Shown: positions 1-12,200 of the stretch, in pieces | Layout: every line of letters begins with the position of its first letter | Numbering within the stretch: the stretch's first letter is position 1 | Assembly: GCA_029858305.1 (NCBI GenBank) | Contig: JAOUFI010000027.1 | Location: forward strand, 1-26,714 | Origin: Candidatus Thorarchaeota archaeon | Lineage (GTDB): Archaea; Asgardarchaeota; Thorarchaeia; Thorarchaeales; Thorarchaeaceae | Direction: 5' to 3' | Length of the DNA stretch: 26,714 nucleotides | Program-made: the position numbers and the translations under genes | Notes under the pieces: generated by a model | The model's input: the letters and a program-made list of their open reading frames with translations, nothing else | Databases searched by the model: none | Told to the model about the DNA's origin: nothing

Positions 1-3000
1 TCCAAGTATCGAAATCAAAATAGAAGTATCCAGCTCCTCCAATGAGAGTCCCATTTAGAAACTGACCGGTGTATACTGTTCCTGAAAGTGACCAGACCAC
101 TGTGCAATCTGAGAGCCCAGTTGTATATGGATAGGACTCATTTAATGAGGGTACTAGAACATAAATCCCCAGCGTTATTGTATCTGACCAGTTGAAGGTC
201 CGGCTGCTATATGTTGATGTCAAGGCATCAAGGTAGAGGGCCGTTTCTATCTGATTAATTCTTACGCTCAATGATGTAGATGCTGCTATATAGTTGAATC
301 GACTCGCTTTAATTTCAATTATATAATTGCCCACAATGAAATTGTTAGTATCAATAAGGCTAGAGTAGTAACCATTCTGGCCTGGTACTGGAGCGAGAGT
401 TATATCGAGAGTTCTTAGAGTATTTTTAGCAGTGACTGTCGCTCCTAGTAGTGGAATATTATACAATGTGTTGTTTACGTAGACGCTGATGTTCAGTAGA
501 TCTCCCTTGAATAATTCGGGGTGTACGCTTCCTATGATGGTTAATCCAAGAGGTATCCTAAGGACGTTCACTGTTACCTGTTTGGTAGACGTGGCATAGT
601 TTTCGAATGTTGCCGTTATGGTTATGATGTATGATGTTGCAGTTGCTAGATTACCAGTGTCAAGTGTGATTGAGTAGTTGCCTGCTGGTGTACCCTCAGC
701 CATTAATCCATTTAGTGTACCAAACTGGTAGACAACTAATGCTCCTGATATGAATCCACCATTCTGGGTGTCGTTGAATATTGCCCAAAGCGAGATATCT
801 TCGCCCCAGTAAACATCAGGCAATGCATCTTGCATGATGATTTCAGTTGGAATTCTAAGAATCTGGATTGGAACCGATATGTCTGCAATGAAATAGTTAC
901 TTTTCTCGGCTCCAATTGAAAGAGTATGGAGTCCGGAACTCAGACCGTTCGTTGTGAGATTTATTCTATACCAGCCATTTCCTAGAGGGCTCCAAATTGG
1001 CAAGTCCGCCCCGGGCCAGCTCAAACTCAAGAGCGCATCACTAATTGGCGCATCTTCTGCATCCACATCGATAAGCTGTACATCAACATAGGTGGTTCCA
1101 CCGTAGTATGTATCAGCAGGTGGTAATTCGTTCAGCTCTCCTTGTCTATCTCGAATTTGAAATGGTACTTGAATCTCTACACTCTGATAGTTTGAATATG
1201 TAATCTCGATAATAAGCGTGTTAGTCCCGATAGCTCCTGCATCTGAACAATCCACTACTAACAAGTAGCTTCCCAAGCCATAGGGAGTTATACTCCATAT
1301 TCCAGGACCCGAGGTATTTGTCTTATAGGTGACAGAAAATGCTGATTCTGCCCCACTTATTGGGCTGCTGTGATCCAAGTCACTGTATGTCAAAATGACC
1401 GAAACATTGTCATTAACAGGCACGGTTGAAGGAGTAGGCTCACTACTTTCTAATAACACCTGAATCAAACGCACTGAACCTTGAAGCAGCGCCGTTGTTG
1501 AATTTGCATAATAAGGTGCAAGAGATGGATTCCATAGAAGACGGAGTGAAAACGTAAAGGTTCCTGTATTTCCAAGAAATGTCGTATCAACTAGAATAGT
1601 ATAGTGTCCACCATTTCTAGTTACCCAAAAGTTCGTATTTTCGATCAATCCGCTTGGGCTAAGACAATCAAAAACAACTATCGCATTTGATATGTCTAAT
1701 CCAGAGATTATATCAACATAGGTAAACGTAAGGCTCATATTATCTCCTATGGGGGTTGTTGGTACAGGATCACGTAGTAGGAGTCCCATCCTATTGACAA
1801 CAGTGGCCCAAACAGACACTCGTTCATCAGTATAATAGGGTACTGTATTATCTTGCCAGTCTATGATGATTGTGATATTCCAATTGCTGACTAGACCCGA
1901 ACTTAGCCTTGTTGAGTTAATAGAAATTTCATATCCAGTACCAGTAAATATCATTGAGAAGTAGCTGCTAAGTAGTGGGCTTCCCCCACTAAATATGAGC
2001 AGTTGACTCTTGCTAAGTGGAATTAACACCTCGCTTTCGCTGTCAATATATCTAAAGGTGAAACTGACATTTTCCAGAAACATTACCTGCGCTGGGGAAG
2101 TGAGTATCTCGGTAATAGCCCCTCTTTTTGTGACGCTCAATGTGAGAGTAATGATAGAATCGGTATAGTATGGTATTCCTGCACTCCACGACGCTCGCAA
2201 AGAAAGACTTGCTGATGTACCGGCCGGACCTATTGATGTCGTGCTTATAGAAATGTAGTATAGTCCTTGAGTAGTTCTCTGAAGTATGTAATCATTCCCT
2301 TCTATAAGATCTGCTCCATACAGAGACAGCGTAATAACTGCCCCTGCAATACCGTTGGAAGAATCTGTGTCCCCATAGAAGACTGTGAGATTCACATATT
2401 CCAAATATGGCGCAGGCATTGGAGCTTCTATCAGATCTAAGAATGTCGTACGCCTGCTGAGTTCGAATGACACATAGGCCTCTGCTGCTCTGTAGAATGG
2501 AGAAGCATCCGGATAGCTAATTCGCAACCACAGAACATATGTTTTGTTAATATCTAGATTCTGATTGAATGTTTCAATGGTCAGTAGATAATCCTGTGAA
2601 AGGCTTCTCCAACTTGAAGTGAACAACCACGAACTTCCGTTGAGAATCTCCATGGTTGTTGGAGTTGATTCATTACCAATCCGCAAGGAACTAAGGACAT
2701 CAATGTATTCAAAGACAATTACTAATGATGAATTGTAAGAGGCTTCTCCCACAGGTTCTACAATGAGCATGGTGAGTCGATACCTTAGACTTAAGGTTCG
2801 AGTAGTAGTAGCATTAGCATAATAGAAATGGCTTGTGCTTATTTGGAGAGCCAGCTGATATGTTCCTGGTCTTCCGAAATAGGTTGTGTTTAATTCGAGT
2901 TCATACATACCATTTCCAAAATTGGATATGATGTAATTTGATGATGGGACTATTTGTGTCCCATTATAGAGCGTGATAAGTCCATCATTAATGGGACTTG

Positions 3001-6000
3001 AGGTCTCAAGAGTGATATCATTGAAAGTCAAGCCGATTGTTATATTGTTACCATAGGGCGTTGGACTGATAGAAGTGCAATCGAATTCAGTATCCCTAAA
3101 TCGAACAGTAATAATCACTGTCCGACCAGTGACATTGGCATAGAATGGAGTACCTGTCCAACTAACACTGATTGTGAACTGTCGATTACCGATAGGCGCC
3201 CCCAATATGCTTGTGTTGAAAGAAACCTGAAATTGTCTAGTTGATGAATTGTAGATTAGTGTATAATCTGGGAGCCCAATGATGATGTTCATCTGAGGAC
3301 CAAAGGCAATTCTGTCTGGAGTTTCATCCGCCACATCGTCAAATGAGAACATAAAGGTCGCATTTACTCCGTAAGGAGTGCTTTCAGGCGGATTTACGGT
3401 AACTACGGAACTTCTTGGTGTGATTCGTATTGTGACTGTATCTGTGCAGTTATCGTAGAACGGATCAACACCTTGGGACCAGTTTACAAAGACAACCATG
3501 GTATAAATCCCGGGTCTTCCAAAGATCGTACTATTAAATTCGAGAGTATATCGTCCTGGATATCCCACGACTTCTGTAATGCTTACTTGAGAGATGTCAA
3601 TTAATTCCCCTGGAAACTGGATGAAGATGAAGACATTTCCGGCTGGTGGTGTTGCATTTGAGATTCCCAACCCACTATAGAATTCACTATACAGGTAGGT
3701 GTAGCTCATATTTTCCAAGAACGGTGTGGGTCCGGATGACTCCAGCAATTCAAGCTCTGAAGCCTCTCCTATTATGTTCACGAATGCTCTCACAGTACGA
3801 TTATAGTATTTCTGAATAGAACCTGTCCAATTAAAATGCACAATGAGTTCATAGACGCCTGAAATGCCTAGATTTGAAGCAGCCAGCCTTATTATATAGT
3901 AGCCATTTCCTAGAGTCGTATCATTCTCAAAGATAGAAGGTATCAATCCAGTTTCGTTATACACAGAAAGGGCGACATATAACGAAACGATACCGTCATC
4001 ATTGTCAAGATCTCCGCAGAAAACCGATATGTTCACCATCGCGTTATAGCTAGTAGGTTCCACAGCATTAGCAAGACGGAACTCGGTAGAGTGCGTTCTG
4101 AGAATGATGGTGAGATTGAAGTATCCAAATTGATAGTTTGAGCCCTTTGAGAAGTTGAACATGATTGAATATGTGCTTAGAACATCTGTGTCAAGACTTG
4201 GTAGCTCGATTCTGTATTGAGACCCTGTCCAAGTTATCGTTAGGGCGTGTATCCAATCATGCGCTACTGTCGCTCCAAGAATTGGTTCATTATGTGTTAT
4301 ATCCCAGTAATCTGCATAGAAAATCGCAGTATCTCCGACTGGAAGATCAATTGTCGAAACCGAAGATCTCGCATAAGCATACGCAATCTGAACTATTATC
4401 TGGAATGTGAGAGTCTTTTCCTGATATCCTGTTGCGTCTGCAGTGAGGTTCACCTCATGAATACCCAGATCCCATGATTTGACAATGACCAGAACTTCAT
4501 ATACTCCATCTGTCACGTATTGCCAAACAATCGCTGCGCCTTCACTTGTTATAATTCCTGTGCTGATATTCAGACCGTGGTCAATGTCTACATACGACAG
4601 CATGATTGTAATGTTGGTGTCATAGCTTGTAGCTACTGTGGGGTAATCTGGAGAAGACAGATAGGTCAGGATTGGTCGATATGTGAATGTGATTATTGGT
4701 GTATGAGTGTCCGTGTAGTTTTCAGATAGTAGAAAATCAACATATACAATGATTCTGTACTCTCCTTCAAGGAAGATAGCACTATCGATTGTTAATTCGT
4801 AGAGCCCATCACCCAAGTTGAGAAAACTCTTGATCGAGTATGGGACTCCTGTCTGGTTCGTTGTGCTGAAGTAGCTCTGATCAAGCCAGTCAATTGGGGC
4901 TCCATCGATGGGCATTCCGGGTTCGCTCACATTCACGTGAATATACATGACAAAATCATTGCCATTTGGGAATGGTTCCAAATGGTCCCAGCTCAGAAAT
5001 ACATCGAGCTTCCTGATTTCCAGTTCAATGAGGATGTAGGTGTCCATGTAGTATCTAGGAGTAGATGTAGCGATGACGGTGAGGTTTATTGTATGGCTGC
5101 CAACAGACCATCCGCTAGTGTCAAGGATGAATGAAAGACTATACACATTTTGAGAACCTGTTCCCCAGTCAACAATTATGTGACTGAGATTACCAATGCC
5201 TATTGAGGAAGAGCTCAAATCAACATCTATGAAAGACACGTTGATTGAAGTGTCTGAACCAACAAGGTTTACCGGCAAGTAATCTACATCTATGGATGTC
5301 CTATGGGCCCCAACGATAATTGTAAACGTGGCCACTGTTTGTTGATAGTTGATTCTTGATATTGTAAGGTCGAAGACATAAGTTCCTGGAGCATATGATC
5401 TTACATCAATTGTGATATTATAATAACCTCCCCCTGTTCCTATCGTTGAAGTCTGCACAAATGGATCAATAGTAATGGTACCACTATCAATGCCAATTCC
5501 TGAGTGGTCTGTGTCAAACCAGTGAATGATAGCTGAGGCATCTTGGCCCCATGGCGTTTCATTTGTATCTAAACCTATTAGATACGCATCAGTTGCTACC
5601 GGTCGATATGTGAAATGCACATCGATCTGACTACCCAATAGGTATGATGTACTTGGTGTAGCGGATATGCTGAATGCGTAGTTGCCCGTGGAGAGTCCAG
5701 CACTATCTATCGTGATAAGATAAGTACCATTTCCATAATCGACAGGAGCACCGACCAATGTGCCATTACATGCAATCGTGGCACCAGGCAAGAGAATTCC
5801 ATCGAATTGGTCTCTGAAGGTCAATTTTACTGTGAAATCGTCGCCATATGGACTCGCCATCGGAGGCTCATATGTAATGAATGTCCTGTGAGACAGATCC
5901 AAATAGAAAAAGTTCGCAGTAGTAGCATAAAACGGATGTTCGGTGTCAAGATCTATCCGCCATCGTCCATAGTCACCGAGGTCCGACGTGTTGAGCGTTT

Positions 6001-6200
6001 TTCCGTATCTTCCATCTCCGTAGTCATTGAGCTGGACATTAGTGGGTATGCCCCCCACGCTCCAGTTCATATTTACCGTTGCTCCACTCACCAGCTCCGA
6101 ATTCAATGTATCCTCCAATTCAAATTCAACTTGGAGTTGTTCACCAATTACTTTAGTCGAAATGCCATCCGATATCGCATCTCCAGGTGCGGTCAGGCTC
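1..6200 (-). repeat. Tandem ~100-120-aa Ig-like (beta-sandwich) repeats forming a stalk, roughly 18-20 copies within the window
   Basis: A recurring pattern P(Y/W)G..(F/V)....(Y/F).D....I.GA....G.G.Y...(I/L)(D/N)(S/T).....G.Y appears, e.g. SPYGDDFTVKLTFRDQFDGILLPGATI...DYGNGTYLITIDSAGLSTGNY and ETPWGQDASAIIHWFDTDHSGIGI...GGGYYNITIDVRSYAPGTY. The region is Thr/Ser/Val-rich with many N-x-S/T sequons. The copy number is estimated from length. Confidence 0.7.
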
Positions 6201-9200
6201 AATGTAACTCCACGTTTCACAATAAAACTCCTGGAAAACACACCTACTCGATAAAGAACATCAGAGCTAGCATCACTATATCGCGCTGTTACTTGCCAAA
6301 CACCGGCAGGAGCTGATGTATCCAGATTAATGGGGGCTGACTCCGAGTATCCCATGGACTGCTCTCCGCTTACAGAGTAGAAGCTACTTGGGTCATATTG
6401 GTTTTGAAACTGCGTCTGAATCCAACCTGGAGTGCGTGTGACATCTGATATCCGAACTTCATCAATCTGACCTACCCACTCAGAACTCCACCCTTTGTCC
6501 TTTGGCTGGTCACCATGTCCTATCCAGAAGTCTTTCTCATAAGCTGAGGGATCGATTGCATTTGTCTTCACTACAACATTAGGATCTTGAACACCATCCA
6601 CAAATATTTTCATCAACGATCCATCATAAGTCGCGACTATTTGATGCCAAGTTCCACCTGTGACATCATTGTTTCCTACAAGCTGATACCCATCTTGGCT
6701 TGTGAGAGCAAAGGTTGGCTTGATTGTAGAGCCGCCTCCATAATTGATGTATAGTGCATATCCATCATACCACCCCTTGTGATTCATAATTCCATAGACA
6801 TGAGTGTTTGGAGTGATATCATGCTGAACCCATGCTTCAAGAGTTATCTGATAACCATCAATTTGCCATAATGGACTATCTCCACAATCAATGAGATCAT
6901 AGTATCCATCTAAATTATTGAAATCCTGCCCGGACCCAATCTTGCCAGAAACTTGAGTTGGGACATATGAGCTGTTGCCCTCACCGCCCTGGCCATGGTT
7001 CTTGTATTGACTACTGTCTAGATACTCGTCTGGTGCTCCAGTTCCGCTCTCTGATAGATGCCAGACTCCCAAATAGCCTGAATCCCATACAGGACCCGAA
7101 TCATATACTATTGGAGCCAGAGGATTGCCATAATACATGCCAATCACTGTATCAGATGAACCTGATAGTAAGGGCACATTTACCCATGCTATTAGATGGG
7201 CATGGGTCAGGTTGTATGTCTGATCGAACATCTCTATTTCGTGCGAGAGTGTTTTATCGCCAATAGCGAATGCTATGTCTCTACCATCTGAGCGAACATC
7301 TGTACGGAGGTCTGTGTCATATATGTCTACTAATACCGGGAAGTCGACAAGATCTTCTGCAACATTATAGTGACTGATTGTCAAGTATTTTCTATGATAA
7401 TAGGGGAGTGTGAATCTCTCTCCCTGAAATGTTGTGTGTCCTGTATACCACATAGAACCTGATGGATCTGATAGCTCGAGTGAAATTGTAGAACCTATAG
7501 TTCCAGAACTCCAAACTCTGAACTGAATATCATCACCAATTGCAAATTGATTTGTTGTGGTATAGGGTCCTCCAACAGGTCCCATTTGTGTGTCGAGAAC
7601 ATGATTCCTGTCAAGGAACTTTATATGCCACATTCCATATTCGTCGACTGCTGTCGAACCAACAACCAATTTGCCATCAAAACATGTCCAATTAGCTGCA
7701 TATGTCATCTCTATACCTGAAGGATTTGTAACAGAAAATGGCCACCATTCACCGTCCGGATAGGTAATCTCGAATGATACTGCATCGAATTCAGAAGGTG
7801 GAGAAACCAGCACACCAGCAGTCCAGATTGGCAGGCTACCATTAACGATTGAAAATGAGGATCCGAGAGTGAAGTCATCAGCGTAACTCTGAATCGGCGT
7901 TTGAACACCAAGCGATAGTTCAGCTCCAACTGTGATGCTTGACTCAGAACTTGTGGTGAAGGTGTATCCCTCGCCACTGATTTGTTCCTCTACCCCAATA
8001 GAGTAGAACGAACTTGGATTGTATTGATTATTATATTCTGTCGATATCCAACCAGAAGGTCTGACAGCATTGGAAACGCGAATTTCGTCAAATTTTCCTA
8101 GAAAATATTGGCCAGCGGCATCAAGTTGATTTCCTCCCCATAGCCAATCACCAAGACTCGCTAGTTGTGTCCACTGTGTTGGTACATTTTCTATTGCCAG
8201 AATCATTGGGATTCCATCTAGGTACATCTTGACACTCTTTGTGTTGTAGTCTAATGTGACGACAACATGATGCCATATATTATCTGTAAATGGGTTGGTC
8301 GCTAAATTGTAGTCAATACTATTACCGCCCCAAGGATAGAAGTAGTTGTCCCCATCTGGCTGTACAGCCCATTCAAAGCCATCATCTTGAATGAGTGTAG
8401 GCGGGGGGGAGGGATTCAATATGAAACGATCACTAGTTGTCATAATACGCTGATATCCGCTGTCGGATGCATCCACCCAGTTAATCCAGATTGATAGAGT
8501 ACCTGCATATTTTATTGAATCCAAGCTAGAGCTCTCGGATACATTGACCATGTCATCAGCTCCGTCCAACTCGAATCCACTTCCTACTTGACCTGGGACC
8601 AAATCCGAACCAGTCATGGATCCCAAGGTTGTACCATCATTATTGTATTGGCTACTATCATATACTATCCCTGTTGGACTGTCATCCAGATGCCACACTC
8701 CAACATAATCACCCCAAACTGCGCTCGGGTTCTCTTGAGACATTAGGTTTGGATTTCCATAATACAAAGTGATTATTGTATCGAATGACGCGGAAAGGTC
8801 GGCTTTCACCCAAGCAATAAGGTGCGCATGTGTTTCGTTGTATGCTTGGTCGAAGGATACAATCTCATGAGGACATAGGTAGTAGCCAGACTTGAATATG
8901 ATGTCATCTCCATCCGCTTGTACATCAGTCCTTAGGTCTGTATCAAAGATGTCAACTAGCATCGGGAAATCAATAAGATCCGTATCGACTTTTGTATGGT
9001 CGACCACTATGTCTTTCTTGTGCGCAAATTCAGTTGGTTGATTGAGTGTTTCCATTGATATCAAGTAGAAAGTAGATGGGTTATACTGATTGTTGAACTC
9101 AGTCGAAATCCATCCTGAGCTCCGATATGCGCCTGAAACCCGCACTTCATCTATTTGGCCATCCCATTCCTGTATGAACCCAGTCGAGCCAGGATTATTA

Positions 9201-12200
9201 CCAATTTGTAGAACTGAAGTACCAGTTTGGGTTGAGCCACTATAAAGGGCATTACCCCTCTCAATTCCGTCGATGTAAAGAAGCAAATTGCCACTAATGG
9301 AATTCGCTACTCCAACAACATGATGCCAACTACCATCATTTACAAGGCTAAATGATGCAGTCACACTCTGAGTGTTGTCGACATAAAATGCCAGAGTTGA
9401 ACTATCCAATTTACCCAACCAGTAATTTCGATGTCCCACGTCTCCCCATTTTGCAATTATCGTATCTGATGTAGGATCCGTGTTATTTGTCCGAATCCAT
9501 ACTTCCACTAGAATGTCTGATTGAAGCGAAAGTGAAGAAGAGTGAGGAGTTTCGATTCTTTCGTTGGTAGCCTCACCATTGAATTCAGAGCATCTGTATA
9601 TTTTGCCTGATTGAAGTGATGGTTCAGAACCGATAGGTAAGCCCAGGCCATGGTTGTTATTTGCTGTGCTATCATAAATAGTACCAGATGGATCCTCACT
9701 AAGATGCCAAACAGCAGCATATGAAGTATCCCAGACACCTGACGGATTCTCATAACTTGCTGAACTAGAATCACCGTAGTACATTGAAAATACAGTATCA
9801 GCAGAAGAAGAGAGGTCCAAACGTACCCACGCGATTAGATGTGCGTGTGAGGAATTGTACATTTGCTCAAATAGCTCAATCTCATGAGGGAGTATCCATC
9901 CATCTCGCACAAATACAATGTCATCGCCGTCTGCTTGAACATCAAAACGGAGGTCTTTATCGTAGAGCTCGATGAGAACTGGAAATCCGTTGAGGTCTGA
10001 AACTACCTTTGTGTGGTCGATGCTGATGTCTTTCTTGTATATAAAATCAAATGGAATTTCTTTTGGAATGATGACCTCCTGTTCAATTCCCAAGGAGTAG
10101 AAGCTAGATGGGTCAAACTGATTATTATACTCTGTAAGTATCCATTGTGAGGTGATTGGATCACTAAGAACTCGAACTTCGTCGAGTTGCGCTCTTGCAA
10201 AAAGATTGGGTGCTCCAGCATTATCGTAGTTGTCGCATGCTGCAATTAGAAACGGCTCCACAGAGTTGATACTTCCGTATCCCGTAATGTCAACAGGCGA
10301 AGTTGGCACCTCGGAACCATCGATGTATAGATGAAGCCAGCTTCCACTTCTTACCATGACTGCGTAATGCCACAGGCCATTATTCAACGTTGATGCTGAA
10401 TATATAGTGATTTTCCCGGGCGTGACTGAATTATCATCAATTTCAGCTTTTACTGTTCCTGAGCTCGTGACTGATAGCATGTATCTGTATGCATCAGTCC
10501 CGATAGCACCTTTGATAGCTAGTGGTATATCCAAATCTGTCGTGGCGAACCACAAGCTCATTGCTAAATCATTGTAGCCAACTGCAAGCGAAATAGTATC
10601 TCCGCAGTCCACATAGTCATTCGAACCATCAAAGTCGAGGGCATTGCCTATATGACCAATCACTCGGTCACTCTGGGTCATGGATCCAAATGTGGTCCCA
10701 TCATTGCTATTGTAAGTACTATCCGTGACTTGTGGGGCTGGTAATGCACCTGAAGGATCGTTCCCTAGGTGCCATACGCCTTGATACTGATTTCGCCAGA
10801 CTTCCAAAGGATCCTCTTGGCTTCCCATAGTGGGATTCGCGTAATACATAGTGACTATCGTATCAAAACTAGAGGAGAGGTCTGTTCTCACCCAAGCGAT
10901 CAAGTGTGCGTGTGTTGCGTTATATTGCTGATCAAATAGCTCTATCTCATGTGGAACACTCCTACCGTTCGAGGTGAACATTATGTCGTCACCGTCTGGC
11001 TGGACATTTGTCTTTAAATCAGAATCATAGATATCAATCAAGACCGGGAAACCTGTAAGATCGGATGCCACTTTGGTGTGATCGATTGTTATGTCCTTCA
11101 TATATCGAAAGTTAGCTATGCCTTCACCAACAGTCAAGAAAAGATCTGGATTTCTTTGATTGTTGTATTCTGTCTTAATCCAAGCATCAGATCTAGCAAC
11201 ACTTGAGATTCGAACCTCATCAACAATTGCATCGAGATACGATGTTCCGCCTGAATCATCCGACCTGCGACCAATTCTGACAGGTCGACTTGGGCTATTC
11301 ATGGATGCTGGAATCCCTGTTGTTACCTCTTCAACTAACTCGCCATTCAGGTAGAATCTTGCATAAGATGACGGACAGAAAACCCCCACTACTTGATACC
11401 ATTGACCCGTGTCAACACGCTCATAACCTGCGATGTTGGTGTTTATGCCATCCGGACTATATCGAAACATGACCCATCCAGCAGGGCTAATTGAGGGGTC
11501 GTCGTCAAAACTGAGATCCCATCCACGATAGTTTGCTTCGCCAGATTTTACTACAAGATAGTCGTTATCAATGAAATCCGCCTTGAACCACGCTTCGACT
11601 GTGAAGGCGCCTGTCATTTGCAATGCTGAAGGATTACCAAAATCGACATAGTCATTTATCCCATCTAGGTCAATCGCACCACCGAACATACCGCCTACAA
11701 GATCAGTCGATGTCATACTTCCAGAGGTATAACCATGAGTTGTACTGCCAAAGGTTGTTGTATGAATTGTTTCTGGAATCACGCTATCCTTAATCCGTGG
11801 ACGAGGAGCATTGTATCCAGGTGATAACGGAAGGTGCGGCAGGAAATCTGCATAAGTAGAGCTCCATGTGCTCTCAGGATTATCATTGAGGTGCCAGACT
11901 GCAGAATATCCGGTGTCCCAAACACCAACTGCATTTTGTTGATTTCCCAGGTTGTCATCGCCATAAACCATGACAATAGTCGTGTCTACTGTTGATGAAA
12001 GTTCAGGTACTTGGACCCATGCAACTAAATGGGCATGGGTTCCATTGCCTGCTTTATCGAAGAGCTCTATTTCGTGATTAAGCACTTCACCTTTGTACAC
12101 AAATGCTATATCATCACCATCGGATTGAGCATTCCAATGAAGGTCATCATCCCATATATCTACAAGAAGGGGAAAGTCCTGCAGGTTTGAAAAAACCTTT

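Noticed and set aside
8403-8409. G7 homopolymer as a phase-variation tract in the surface protein
   Set aside because: It is short, encodes an in-frame Pro-rich stretch on the minus strand, and the frame is the same on both sides.
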